This document shows, in pieces, positions 46,379 to 57,187 of a stretch of DNA of 64,000 nt. Numbering within the stretch: position 1 is the stretch's first letter; each line of letters opens with the position of its first letter. The stretch comes from an uncultured Methylomirabilota bacterium (GTDB lineage: Bacteria > Methylomirabilota > Methylomirabilia > Methylomirabilales > 2-02-FULL-66-22). Where the stretch lies: positions 896,001-960,000 of the forward strand of contig OY970067.1 of assembly GCA_963705305.1 (NCBI GenBank). Reading direction: 5' to 3'. The notes under the pieces are model-generated. The model was given only the letters and a program-made list of their open reading frames with translations, was not told the DNA's origin and searched no databases. Position numbers and translations under genes: made by a program.

Positions 46379-47683
46379 ATGACACACGCGGAGTTCTGCG
46401 CATCACGGCGGAAGTTCTTGCAGACGCTGGCCGCCTCGGGGGCCATTGCGGCCAGCGATCTCGCCTGGTGGGAGGCCCCGTTCCTCTCGCCCCGCAAGGC
46501 CTCAGCCGCGTCCCCCGTGCGGTTCCAGTTCAGTGTCCCCGAGCCCCTGCGGATCGCCTTGATCAGCTCGTTGGTTGAGCGCTTCAACAAGTCCCAGTCG
46601 GAATTCGAGGTGCAGGTGGAGTTCGTCCCTCAAGCGCAGGCGCGGCAGCATCTCATCACCGCCATCGCCGCCGGAAACCCGCCGGACTGTACCATGATGT
46701 GGGACTTCTGGCTTGGCCAGTTCAACGGCATGGGCGCCGTGGAGGATCTCACGGACCGGATGAAGACGTGGAAGTTCTACGCCACCACCGTGCCCACGGC
46801 GTGGCAGTGCGTCACGGAGCGGGGGAGGATCATCTCCTTCCCGCTGGGCCTCACCAACGACGCGATCTTCGTCCGCACGGACCGGATCAAGGAGTACGGT
46901 CTCAAGATGCCTACTCCCGACTGGACCTGGGACGACTTCCTCACCCTTGCCAAGGGCCTCACCAAGCCAGAGCGGAACGAGTACGGCTTCGGGATGCGTG
47001 GGGCCGGCAGCTGGGCCGTCCTGTACGCCACCGAGTTCATGTACGGCAACGGCGCCCAGGTCCTGAAGGATGGCAAGGTCGCCATCAACTCGCCGGAGGC
47101 GGTGGCGGCGTTCGAATGGTACATCGACCTCATCCGGAAGTGGAAGGTCACGCCGCCCAGCGCTCCCACCGACGGCTACCGCCAGATGGTCGAGGCGTTC
47201 GGCCGCGGCGTGACCAGCATGTACCTCCACAACTGCGCCTCGATCGAAGAGCAAAAGAAATTCGTGGGCGAGGCGAACTTCGCGACGCTGCCCAGTCCGA
47301 TCGGTCCGGCCAAGAAGCGCGCGAGCTTTTTCTCCGCCGAGACCCTGACCATGTTCAAGGCGGCGAAGAACAAGGAGGGGGCCTGGAAGTTCATGACCTG
47401 GATGATGGACGACGAGCAGCACTACGAGTATTGCAAGACCCTCGGCTCGCTCCCCACCCGGCAGAATCTCACCGACCGTCCACCCTTCAACGGGGCGCCG
47501 TACGCGGGCTTCATCAAGTCCTTCCCCTTTTCGATCGTCGTCCCCTACCTGGTCTACCCGGGGTGGGGCGGCAAGCTCGACTCGGACGGGGTGCCCCTGT
47601 TCCAGCAGGCGATGGTCGGCCAGCTCGGACCGAAGGAATGTCTGGACAAGTTTGCCGACATGCTGACGAAGAACATGATGTGA
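46379..47683 (+). CDS. Carbohydrate ABC substrate-binding protein (family 1), Tat signal
   Basis: SRRKFLQ, AGNPPD, WTWDDF, NSPEAV.A, K.KE.AWKF..W. Confidence 0.9.
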   Translation: MTHAEFCASRRKFLQTLAASGAIAASDLAWWEAPFLSPRKASAASPVRFQFSVPEPLRIALISSLVERFNKSQSEFEVQVEFVPQAQARQHLITAIAAGNPPDCTMMWDFWLGQFNGMGAVEDLTDRMKTWKFYATTVPTAWQCVTERGRIISFPLGLTNDAIFVRTDRIKEYGLKMPTPDWTWDDFLTLAKGLTKPERNEYGFGMRGAGSWAVLYATEFMYGNGAQVLKDGKVAINSPEAVAAFEWYIDLIRKWKVTPPSAPTDGYRQMVEAFGRGVTSMYLHNCASIEEQKKFVGEANFATLPSPIGPAKKRASFFSAETLTMFKAAKNKEGAWKFMTWMMDDEQHYEYCKTLGSLPTRQNLTDRPPFNGAPYAGFIKSFPFSIVVPYLVYPGWGGKLDSDGVPLFQQAMVGQLGPKECLDKFADMLTKNMM

Positions 47684-47708
47684 GGCGCCGCCTCATTGCC
47701 CAGCAGGT

Positions 47709-47744
47709 GGCCCCGGGATCTCCCCGCATCGGGGACCCGGGGCC
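47709..47744 (+). terminator. GC-rich hairpin after the substrate-binding protein gene
   Basis: GGCCCCGGGATCTCCCC ... GGGGACCCGGGGCC inverted repeat; weak U-tract. Confidence 0.45.
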
Positions 47745-48458
47745 GTACCTTCCTCGGTATTCTTGACGAAGTCTCGCACGCGGAAATCCTCGGCCTGACC
47801 TACCAGGCTTTGGTGGGCGTCCTCGGCGCCGCACCCCTCCTGTATCGGCAGCCCCCATGTTAATGGACCGGGGGGCGTTTGCGGTTGACAGCCCGTGCGT
47901 CCGGTGTGTCCCGTCCCACCGCCGCAGTTTCCGAGCGGGCGGCCCGACGGCCGGAGATTCGCCGCGCGACGTTGGCTCAGGTTGCCCGATCGCCGCTCGG
48001 CCCTGGTCTGGATACCCCCGATTCTCGGACCGGACCTCCCTCCTCCCTGGTCGTGTATCCGTAGCTTCCCCGTGTTACCGAGACGGCGGGTCCGGCTTTC
48101 AAAGTTAGAGCGGGCACCCGCTGTTGCCAACGATCGCTTCCAGTGATACTGTTTAAACATGATACGCCTCTTCCACATCGAAGCACAAATCCCGCTCTGT
48201 GGTGACGCGTCCCAAGACCATACGCCTTCCCGCCAAGTTATCTGACTGCAGGTGGTCACCCTCGCCTGGATGCTGGTCGAGTGCGGCATCGCCCTGGTCT
48301 CGGCCTGGCGGGTGACCACCCCCGCGACTGGTCCTACGAGCCGTACTTTGACGACCTCCCCGTCCCCGATCTTGTGATGGCATGATCGGAAGGCCCCAGG
48401 GCTGGCCTGTCCGGCCCCACCGCTCGCTGGTGCAGCGCCCCCGTTTATGTTTATCGCC

Positions 48459-48601
48459 TTGACATCCCGAGCCGGCTGGCGGTAGAGTTCCTACTGTCTG
48501 GGTTTGCTCGCGGTTTCCCACCTCGGTTCGGCCGCCCCCTGGCCGGTCCGTCTCCTTCGGCCTTGACGTCCAGCCGAGGGTGTTTTCCAACTTCCTATCC
48601 G
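48459..48601 (+). mobile_element. IS91/ISCR-type oriIS end, orphan copy 2
   Basis: TTGACA-18-TAGAGT, then GTTTTCCAACTTCCTATCCG identical to 35437-35456. Confidence 0.6.
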
Positions 48602-48867
48602 GTCGGGAGAGAAGTCGTTGGGACACCAGAATCTGACTCAGGGCACGCTCTGGGGGGCCTACGTCGAGGACTTCCTCGAAGAGCTCCCGTGAGTGCGCAG
48701 CCCCCGGCCGGGCCGAGGCCTGCCGGCTGCCCGCGCACCCAAGCGCGGCCCAACCGAGGGGAGGTGATGTCCGTCGCGCCGCCGTCCTCAGGCCTCCCGA
48801 ACCTGGGGAACACACGAGGCCGAGAGTGGGGAACCTTGAACCGGCGTGGACACTCAGGGAGGGTGCC

Positions 48868-49251
48868 ATGAAATCGCTGTACAAGTTGGGCCTGGTGCTG
48901 CTCGCAGGCGTTGCAATTGGCGCCGCCGCGGACAAGGGGCTAAACGCGCAGACCAGCCCGCCCGCCTACTACCTCGCCGAGGTCTTCGAAGTGACCAATC
49001 CGGACGAGTTTAAGACCTATGCCGCGGGTGTCGCGGCGACCGTCGAGAAATACGGCGGCCGTATCCTCGTCCGCGGGGGCAAGGCGGATGCGCTCGAAGG
49101 CGATCCCCCCAAGCGTATCATCGTCTTCGCCTTCAAGAGCATGGCAGACGCACACAAGTGGTACGATTCCCCCGAATATTCGGCGATCAGGCCGATCCGT
49201 CAGCACTCGGCGAAGGCGCGCAATTTCATCGTCGAGGGCCTGCCGGAATAA
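48868..49251 (+). CDS. DUF1330 domain protein with signal peptide
   Basis: Y......V.KYGGR.LVRGG....LEG.PP.R.....F.S...A..WY.SPEY..I...R. Confidence 0.88.
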   Translation: MKSLYKLGLVLLAGVAIGAAADKGLNAQTSPPAYYLAEVFEVTNPDEFKTYAAGVAATVEKYGGRILVRGGKADALEGDPPKRIIVFAFKSMADAHKWYDSPEYSAIRPIRQHSAKARNFIVEGLPE

Positions 49252-49599
49252 TGTGAGCTGCGCGCGGGGCCGCGCGTCCTGGGCAAGGGGCCGTGGTCGA
49301 CCTTATAGGCTTATTGCGGGAGGGGCTGAGGCCCGCGGGGTAGGGTCCCCATGCCCCGCGGCTTCCGCTTCGACGCTACCGGCGTCCTCCCCGCCTGGGG
49401 CGGGCAAGCACCACATCATGGTGCGCGGCATCGACCCCTTCTCGACCGGCCCCCAGACGTTCGAGGTCTTCACGCTCACGCGGCCCCCCGGGCCGGGCGG
49501 GCCGGGGCGCAGATCGAGGGCTGGATTCTGGGGATCAGGTGAGGAGGCCACATACCGCGCTCATAATGGGGGACGTTGCATTATCTGTCACATCTTGCT

Positions 49600-50040
49600 A
49601 TCATCCCCTCCATCATTCCTCAGCAAGCACGGCTGGATGCCCCCGGAACCCTCCACCACGTGATGGTGCGGGGGATCGAGCGCACCGTCATCTTCCGGGA
49701 TGACACCGACCGGGCCGATTTCGTCACCCGCCTCGCCGCCCTCGTGGAGGCTGGAGCCCTCACCGTCTACGCCTGGGCCCTCCTCCCGAACCACGCCCAC
49801 CTCCTGGTCCGGACGGGGTCACGCCCGCGGCCCCGGAGCATGCGGAGCCTCCTCACGGGGTACGCCGGCGCCTTCAACCGGCGCCACCGCCGCGCCGGCC
49901 ACCTCTTGCAGAATCGGTACAAATCCATCGTCGTGGAGGCAGAGCCCTACCTCCTGGAGCTGGTCCGCTACCTCCACCTGAACCCTCTGCGGGCCCAGGT
50001 CGTCCCCGACCTCCGCGCGCTGGCCCGCTACCCCCTACCT
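49600..50040 (+). pseudogene. Y1 tyrosine transposase (RAYT-like), truncated; an extra N-terminal fragment lies at about 49351-49435
   Basis: RLDAPG.LHHVMVRGIER..IF.D..D, NHAHLL (HUH), GH..Q.RY.S, YLHLNP.RA. Confidence 0.85.
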
Positions 50041-50767
50041 CCCCGGGAAGATCACCCTCGAAATCACGTGCTACGCCGGAGATTTCCGGGCAAAACGGGG
50101 CTCCCTGGCGGGCACCCTGCCTGTTTTCCCCGCCCCCGCCACCCGCGGGTATCCCGGAAGGGAACGGCGGGCAGCCGGCCCGCATCCCTTTGCATCTCCG
50201 GGAGTTACCGGGCACGGTAAAGGCATGAAGGCTGAACGGGGGGTGGAGAGGTCTCTCTCTCCCCTCTACCGGGCATCCAGCGTTTGTTCGGAAAAGGAGA
50301 ACGCCCCAAGAGGTCACTCCCGGGGCGTCACTCGGCTACGTGACAATCTCCGGCTCCCCTCCTGGCCGTCATTCACGCCGCCACCTCTCCTTCGAACGGG
50401 ACGGTGAGGTCCAGAGTGCAGACCCCACTATATTTGAGAAAATTCCCCCTGAGGGTTCGAACCCCATTGAGTGGGCGTTTTGCACAATTGTGGGTCCGCT
50501 CCCCCGGACCGCCAATTGAGCAAAAGTCGGCCCTTCCCGGACACCGTTGGACATTGGCTGGAGACCGGCGCGTCAGAGGAAGGTCGGGGCCCCCGCTGCT
50601 CTCATCGGGGGTTTGTCCCGGATGCGGTCTGCCCGTCATCGCACCTCCCCGACGTGCCTGTCCGCGCTGAGGTCCCCCGGGCCTCCGGCCGTGCTCCCGA
50701 GCGGAGGCAGGGGGCCGGAGGGCCGGCGAGGACCCGTGGAACCTCGGACCCTCGCCGACCGAGGGGG

Positions 50768-51010
50768 TCACTGTGACTTCTGCTCCGGCGTCCCGCTGGG
50801 GGTCGCCGCGGGGGCCTCGGCGGGTTGGGGCACCGGGGCCGGCACCGCGGCGAGCTTCGCCTTCAGATCCGCATTCTCCTGCGTGAGCTGCTGGACCTGC
50901 GAGTTGAGGTCCGCCACCTGCGCCGCCTTGGTGCCCCAGACGCCATAGCCAACCACCACGCCGACCACCAGAGCGACGATCATGAGCCCAATCCAGAATC
51001 CGCGCTTCAT
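50768..51010 (-). CDS. Small membrane-anchored coiled-coil protein
   Basis: TM segment, heptad stretch, P/A-rich tail; SD AGGAGG. Confidence 0.7.
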   Translation of the reverse strand: MKRGFWIGLMIVALVVGVVVGYGVWGTKAAQVADLNSQVQQLTQENADLKAKLAAVPAPVPQPAEAPAATPSGTPEQKSQ

Positions 51011-51239
51011 CGCTCTCACCTCCTTGTTCGAGCGCTAGCGCTTCCCTGGCCTGTTCCAATTGAGTCCCTTCGCGGCGGCGGTCCTTCGCCGGCCGCCCCC
51101 GCTCCACTGCGCGAAGGGCTGCCCCTGGCCCGGGAGCACCCTCACGCTCGGCCCGGTGGGGATCGTGGCGCAACTAGCCAGGCCCACGCCCGCGATGAAA
51201 GGCAGCCGGTGCCCCTCCGTCCTCCGGCGCGGCCTCCTC

Positions 51240-51659
51240 CTACGGAGTCGGCCCGCGTGGCGGCGCCGTCGAGGGGGGGACGACGGTCAACCAACCCGGT
51301 GGGCACGCCTGGATGTACGGGTAGTAGCCCTGGGGATTCGGGCAGTAGTACCAGTAGGCGGGCGGTGGCGGTGGCCCGGGCTGCTGCTGGAGGTACACGG
51401 GCGGGGACTGCGGGGCCACCACCGGTGGCGCGTAGTAGGGGTAGGCGTAGTCCGGGTCGGCATAGTACGGGTACCCTGGTCCCCACCACGTGGAGCCCCA
51501 CCAGAACCCGGGGCCGATGACGACGGCGCCCCCGCGCCCGCCGTCCCCACGGAACCCCCCGTGCCCCCATCCCCCGCCTCCCCGTGCGAACGCCGGCGGT
51601 GCCGGGCCGAGCAGGAGGGCTGTCGTCAGCAAGACCGTCGCCATGAGCCACTTCCGCAT
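51240..51659 (-). CDS. Secreted Gly/Pro/Tyr-rich protein
   Basis: Signal peptide, GGWGHGGFRG, YWYYCPNPQGYYPY...CP.GW. Confidence 0.75.
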   Translation of the reverse strand: MRKWLMATVLLTTALLLGPAPPAFARGGGGWGHGGFRGDGGRGGAVVIGPGFWWGSTWWGPGYPYYADPDYAYPYYAPPVVAPQSPPVYLQQQPGPPPPPAYWYYCPNPQGYYPYIQACPPGWLTVVPPSTAPPRGPTP

Positions 51660-52478
51660 CTTCCTTCCCCCTTCGTCGGCCTCGGTGCGACCGCGGCTGG
51701 CCAGGTATTGGGAGGCTCGACCCTCCCGGGCCTGGACTGTCCGAGCGCCGCCGCCCTGTCGCCCTCGCCGCGGGGCGCCCTGCACGCCGTCCCGGGACGC
51801 TGCGCGTCCAGGGACAACGGCACCCGTGGCCTCCCCCACCGGGATCGTCCAGCGGTCCCCAGATAGCATAGTATAGAGCACGCGGTGAGCATGACCAAGG
51901 CAATTGCAGGCATTACTGCACGGAAGGCAACGACGATCCTCCGTTTCCCCGATTCCGACGGCGTGACATTCCCCGTTGGCCGGTGGCTGTGCCGCAGCCG
52001 CGGGGCGTTCCGACCGAGCGCCCCCGGGGGAATCCGGCGAGGATTCGCGCCCCCTGAACGATTTCCCCCGGCGGCATCTGTCGCACCACCCGACACCATG
52101 GTCCCACTTCTCGGCCGTGCCTGTCAGGCATGCTGAGGGGGTCCGGCGCCTGGGCGGAGCGCCGGCGGCGCGGATCAGCTTGGGGTGGGATCGGGGTGGA
52201 GCGCGGCGTCGCGACCATGCGGAGGGCGCACGAGGTGCGTCGTGGCCCAAATGCGCCTTGACATTCTGCGCGAGGCAGCAGATAAGGGAGCAATCCCATC
52301 CGAATGAGTCTCCGCCTTGCCATCGCGCGGGTCGGCACGTTCCGAATCGAGGGCGCGCTGAGGATCTGTGCCGACACCGCGGGCAGGGTGCGGACGATCA
52401 TCGGGGACCCACCCCGCGACAGCGCCGCCGCCCTGGCGCGAGCCAGACCATGAAGTACGCAGCGGTTTGCGACGGCGG

Positions 52479-52550
52479 GTCTAACTCCGCCGTCGAACGG
52501 ACCGCTGGCTCGCATTCGCTTGCCCCGGCCGCTCACCGCGAACGTTCGGC
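52479..52550 (+). other. Integron attC-like site
   Basis: GTCTAAC ... imperfect palindrome ... GTTCGGC, 72 bp. Confidence 0.7.
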
Positions 52551-52596
52551 GGACAAGAGAGGCATCAGTCCTCAAGGAGGGGAGCACCGAGCGAGT

Positions 52597-52865
52597 CGTT
52601 CCCGGCAGACGTAGCGCGCAAGCTGAGGTGCCACGCCTACAGACTGATCGACCCGCGAAACGGAGAGACCCTCTACGTCGGGAAGGGCCAGGGCAATCGC
52701 GTCTTCTCCCACCTCCGTGCCGAGCAGGGCCTCGCAGGCGCTGATCTCGACAACAAGAGTAGACGCAGAAGGGAGAGACGCCTTGCCGGTTGTGAGGTTG
52801 CTCCTGTGATTCCTCGGCACGGCATGGACGCGAAGACAGCGACCGAGGGTGAGGCGGCACTCAGC
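52597..52865 (+). pseudogene. LEM-3-like GIY-YIG protein remnant (cassette relic)
   Basis: [21 protein letters not shown] ... RHGM....A.E.EAAL; frameshifted. Confidence 0.65.
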
Positions 52866-53025
52866 GCACTTCCCCGGCCGCGAAGATGTACCTGGGCGTC
52901 TTGGCGGTATTGGCCGTGAGGCCCCCCCCCGAAATCCGTCGGTTGTATGGGGGCAGGCGTGCGCCTGACGAATACCGACAGCGTGGTGTCCCGAAGCCGA
53001 TCACGGACCCCGGGAAAGGGGAGAG

Positions 53026-54621
53026 ATGAATCTATTCCTGGCCCATATCGCCGATGCCAATTACTCGCGCCTTCTGCCTGACAGGCTGAATCGAGCCACG
53101 GAGGACACTGGGCGTGTCAAGATCATGGCGTTTCCGCCGCTGGGGATCCAGACATTGGCGCCGGTGCTGCGGGAGCGCGGACATGGAGTTCGCCTGTTTG
53201 ACACGGGCCATCCGCAGATGAAGCCGCAGCACATCGCCCAGGAGGCGCAGCGGCAGCGCCCGCATGCGATCGGGCTTTCGTTTGTCTCCACGACGACTTA
53301 CCCGGCGACCAAGGAGGCGGCGCGGGTGCTCAAGTCGGCGGCGCCGGAGATTCCGATCATCATCGGCGGCGCGTTTGCGACCGTGAACGCGGACCGCATC
53401 CTCACCGATTGCCGGTGCATCGACGCCGTGGGCGTCGGCGAGGGTGAGGAGCTGCTGCCGGAGTACCTGGAGCATCTCAATACCCCCGGGAGCGTGGCGG
53501 GCCTGGTGTGGCGCCGCGGAGAGGAGGTCATTCGCAATCTCCCGCGGCCTCTCTTGCGTGACCTGGACAACTATCCGTATCCCGATCGAACCAGCCTGCC
53601 GATCGACTACATCGAGTCGCTGCCGCTGGATGTGCCGGCGGCATTGTCGCTGGACAAATTCTGCACGATGCAAACGTCGCGGGGCTGTCCGTATCACTGC
53701 ATTTACTGCGATATTCCGTCGCTGTCCGAGGGCAAATGGCGCAGCCGCTCGCCCGAGCATGTGCTGGGAGAGATGCAGCAGATCAACGACCTGGGCTATC
53801 GCTCGGTGTACCTCACCGACGACCATTTCCTGATCAACCGCCAGCGCATCAGCGCCATCTGCGACGGCATCGTCAGTCGCAAGCTCGAATTCCGCTGGGG
53901 CTGCGAAGGCCGGGTCGATGCCGGCGCCGTCGACCAGTTGCCCGCCATGAAGCAGGCCAACTGCGGAGCGCTGGCGTTTGGCGTGGAGGCGGGCACGCAG
54001 AAGATCCTCGACCGCCTGCGGAAAGATCAGACCCTGGAGCAGGTCGAGCGCGCCGTGAGCGAGGCCAAGCGATCGGGGATCAGGTGGCTTCACGGGTTCT
54101 TCGTCCTGGGCTGTCCGGATGAGATCGCCGCCGACATCCGCGCCAGCTTCCGGTTCGCCGCCCGGCTGCAACTCGACACGTTCGGCTTCAACCGCCTGTG
54201 CGCCTACCGGGGCACGCCGCTGTGGCAGGAGTATGTCGACCGCGGGATCATCGATGACGATCGGGACTGGCAGAAGTGGTTCAAGTGCTCGGACATCGAT
54301 CCGACGGCGCTGCCGGGCGAAGAGGTGAACCGGCTGCGGATGACGGGATATGCGTCGCTGTTTGCGCGGCGGAGCATCAGCCGGCCCATCCGCACGTTCC
54401 AGCTCATCCGGAGCTTTGAGCGGCACATGGAGACGAGGGATCTGATCACCCTGCTGGGCTCGCCGTTCCGCCGGCGCCGGCTGACGCGCGAGCCCGACCT
54501 GCCGGCAAAGATGCTGGACCAGGGATTGAAGGCGCCGATTCGCGGGGCGGGGGCGTCGAACCATGCCCTCGGAAGGAATGGCGGGAAGGGGAGCCAGGGG
54601 AATGCGCCGCTTGGCGGTTGA
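53026..54621 (+). CDS. Cobalamin-binding radical SAM protein
   Basis: PPLG, IGG...T, GEGE, P.PDR, TSRGCPYHCIYC, RS...V..E, DD.F, GVE.G, GF..G.P.E. Confidence 0.93.
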   Translation: MNLFLAHIADANYSRLLPDRLNRATEDTGRVKIMAFPPLGIQTLAPVLRERGHGVRLFDTGHPQMKPQHIAQEAQRQRPHAIGLSFVSTTTYPATKEAARVLKSAAPEIPIIIGGAFATVNADRILTDCRCIDAVGVGEGEELLPEYLEHLNTPGSVAGLVWRRGEEVIRNLPRPLLRDLDNYPYPDRTSLPIDYIESLPLDVPAALSLDKFCTMQTSRGCPYHCIYCDIPSLSEGKWRSRSPEHVLGEMQQINDLGYRSVYLTDDHFLINRQRISAICDGIVSRKLEFRWGCEGRVDAGAVDQLPAMKQANCGALAFGVEAGTQKILDRLRKDQTLEQVERAVSEAKRSGIRWLHGFFVLGCPDEIAADIRASFRFAARLQLDTFGFNRLCAYRGTPLWQEYVDRGIIDDDRDWQKWFKCSDIDPTALPGEEVNRLRMTGYASLFARRSISRPIRTFQLIRSFERHMETRDLITLLGSPFRRRRLTREPDLPAKMLDQGLKAPIRGAGASNHALGRNGGKGSQGNAPLGG

Positions 54622-54718
54622 GACCGGGGGCGACACGACGAAGAATGCAACGGAGAGCACGTGGCATGGGTACTCGTGCGGGCCAAACCAACAGCGCGAG
54701 CGGCCGCACCTGAGTGCC

Positions 54719-54815
54719 GCCGAACCAGCCGCTGCAGCCGACCGGGCTGGCATGATGGCTCTCCAAGGTATGAAGTCCACACAGCCGGCCCGGCGGCTGA
54801 GCGGTGTCGTTAGGT
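54719..54815 (+). other. Integron attC site
   Basis: GCCGAAC-CAGCCGCTGCAGCCGACCGGGCTGGC ... GCCGGCCCGGCGGCTGAGCGG-TGTC-GTTAGGT, a typical attC palindrome. Confidence 0.8.
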
Positions 54816-54841
54816 GGAGCTAATGGACGGAGGAGAAAGCA

Positions 54842-55246
54842 ATGAAGACAAAAGTAGGTGTGTGGATTGACCATAGGAAGGCGGCCATCGTGGCGGTGAC
54901 GGACAAAGGGGAAGAGATAGGACTGATAATATCGAAGGTCGAAACACAGCTCCGCCGTTCTGGTGATTCACCTCTTAAGGGTCCCTATGAACCACTGCAA
55001 GTACCGGCAGATGATAGCCGCCAGAGAACGCTGACGGGGCATCTCAACATATACTACGATGCGGTAATTGCGAGTATTCGTGAGGCTGAATCTATTCTGA
55101 TATTTGGTCCTGGTGAGGCAAAAGACGAGCTGAAAGCACGTCTTGAAAGAAACAACCTCGGTGGACGCATCGTAGGTATTGAAGCAGTTGACAAGATGAC
55201 GGATCGGCAGATTGCGGCGAAAGTTCGACAGCGCTTTTCCAGATAG
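54842..55246 (+). CDS. Host-attachment / eRF1-domain-2-like protein in a gene cassette
   Basis: GVWIDH.KA, YY..V...I.....ILIFGPGEAK.EL, DKMT..QI.AKVR; low GC; directly after an attC. Confidence 0.8.
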   Translation: MKTKVGVWIDHRKAAIVAVTDKGEEIGLIISKVETQLRRSGDSPLKGPYEPLQVPADDSRQRTLTGHLNIYYDAVIASIREAESILIFGPGEAKDELKARLERNNLGGRIVGIEAVDKMTDRQIAAKVRQRFSR

Positions 55247-55266
55247 CGTTCGGCAATAGGATGGAG

Positions 55267-55336
55267 GTATAACCACCTCACCAAGGAGTGCCCGCGGCAT
55301 CGCCACCCGCGCCGCGCCTGACACCTGACGTTAAGT
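55267..55336 (+). other. Degenerate attC-like site
   Basis: GTATAAC ... GTTAAGT, 70 bp, just after the cassette stop codon. Confidence 0.4.
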
Positions 55337-55599
55337 GCCGATCACCTTCCATTGCCTGCCGGTGGCGGACCGGAGGGTCCACTCCAGTATGGGTCCGTTT
55401 CGCCGGGCACTCCAATTGCGCATAACAGTTTGAGCCCGTGGGCATGCAGCAGGTGCGGTCGATCAGGGCCGTCACTCCGCGCGGCCGAGCTGGCGAATCG
55501 CCGCATGGATAGCAAATGCGCGACGCGGAGGAGCTGGCATGGGTGCGTCCTTACGCCGGCCGATTCCCATTCCCAGGATAGACGGCTTCGGCCCTCAGT

Positions 55600-56263
55600 A
55601 TGGGACAGGGACGCCTCGGCGTGCAGGGAGTGGCCGTCCCACTCCCCGGCGTAGAGAGCGAGGATCCGCCCGGCCTTGCGGGCGAAGGCGGGGTCGCGGG
55701 GGAAGATCCACGCACGGTGCTGCCCGGGGCGGATGGCATCCTCGGAGAGCCAACGCCACACGGTCGTGCCGCTCACCGTGGCGATGAGGCCGGTCCGTTG
55801 CGCCTCGCGCGCGATGTCGGCGCAGCTGAGGCGGGACAGGGCGAGCCCCCGGGTGGCGGGCAACTCACACGCGAGGGCCATGACCTGCACCCCAACGTCC
55901 GGGGGGGAAACCCCGCGGCCGGCCCGGCCGCGCCCGCTCCGCCAGGCCGGGTAACCGGTAGGAGAAGAAGCGCTTGCGCCAGACGCTGACCACATCGCGG
56001 CCCACCGCGAGCGCCGCGGCGCTCTCGGCATTGGACCAGCCCTCGGCGGCCAGCAGGATCATCTTGGCCCGGAGCACCTCGAAGTACGGCAACATATACT
56101 TCCGGGCCCGGCTTTCCAGGATGTCCCGTTCGTGCGGCGAGAGGTCGATGACGTACGGGCTCTGCCGTGGCATCTCGGCGCTCCTCCTCGCCCACGGAGG
56201 ATAACCGAGGAGCCATAATCTGGCAGGAACAATACGTTGCCATATTTAAGCCGATAAGTACTA
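55600..56263 (-). mobile_element. IS630-family remnant (orfA, frameshift, truncated orfB)
   Basis: RAKMILLAAEG.SN...A..L....VS.WRKRF; GGTTTCCCCCC slip site; LACELP, IRP.QHR.WIFPRDP.F; TA-GTAC terminus. Confidence 0.85.
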
Positions 56264-56695
56264 AGCAGGATTGGAAGCAGCCTACTTCTTCTTGTATCCC
56301 TTCCTCGGTTTGCCTCCCTTCGTTACCAGTCTGTGGGGTGGCTTGATCTTGAGAAAATCAGAGACGGCCTCGTCAGGCGTGATCGGATGAAGCGAAACGG
56401 GAACAGGACGCTTCGGCTTCCGTGCGGGTTCCATCGTCAGCCCTCCTCCCTATTGGAGAGTATAGAACGAGCCCGTTCAATCCGCCCGTCCAGAACCATG
56501 CACGTCCGGAGTACATGGAACCACCAATCAACAAACACACACTGACTTGTCACCTTATGGACTTGATGGGTACGGCCTGATATAAATCCGCTTCTTGGTG
56601 CGCCAGACGCGACCAAGTTCGTCGATGCAAAGGGCACCACTTCGAACGCGCCCGAGAAACGCCTCCCCTGCTACCTTCACGTTCTTCGGAGCTCC

Positions 56696-57184
56696 TCAAC
56701 TGCGGCCCCAACAACCCTCCTCGATCCACTCATTCCGATGGAGATGGGCGGTCTTGGCCGGCGTGGGCTGGTGACAGATACTGCATGCCACGGTCGCGTC
56801 GTCCTCCGGCCGCATCCGCGTGGTGATCCCGAGGGCCGTGCGGACCTTCTCCCGCCACATCGAGAACCATTCCACCAAATCGCCACCACTGACCTCGGCC
56901 TAGCCGGACCCCGGGGTACCGGGCGGCAGGTCCATGTCGTAGTCGAACTGCGGGAATGCGTCGACCGCCTCCTCCAGAAGCCCGCGGCACCGTTCCGGAT
57001 CGGACCGCTGGGCGATCCCCACCTCTCGGGCGAGCCAGCCGAGCGCCTCATTCGCCCGCTCCAGCCCCTGCTCCTCACTCCGCATCTGCTCTTCACCGAG
57101 CAGCGGGCCAGGCTCAAACAAGACATCGGTATTCCCCACATCCGCCACCACCGCTTTCGCAGCAGCTAGCAGGTAACTGCCCAC
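56696..57184 (-). pseudogene. Phage/ICE-type hypothetical protein with an internal in-frame TAG (56900-56902)
   Basis: LLEEAVDAFPQFD...PGSG*AEVSGGDLVEWFSMWREKVRTALG..CSIC; homologous to the ORF starting at 58895. Confidence 0.6.
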
Positions 57185-57187
57185 CGC

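Noticed and set aside
48245..48330. Cation-efflux membrane protein fragment (LQVVTLAWMLVECGIAL)
   Set aside because: Too short and truncated to annotate confidently.
50452..50466. tRNA at GGGTTCGAACCCC
   Set aside because: An isolated T-loop-like motif with no acceptor stem or CCA.
56900..56902. Pyrrolysine recoding
   Set aside because: No pyl genes or methylamine-methyltransferase context in the window, and the region is rich in pseudogenes.
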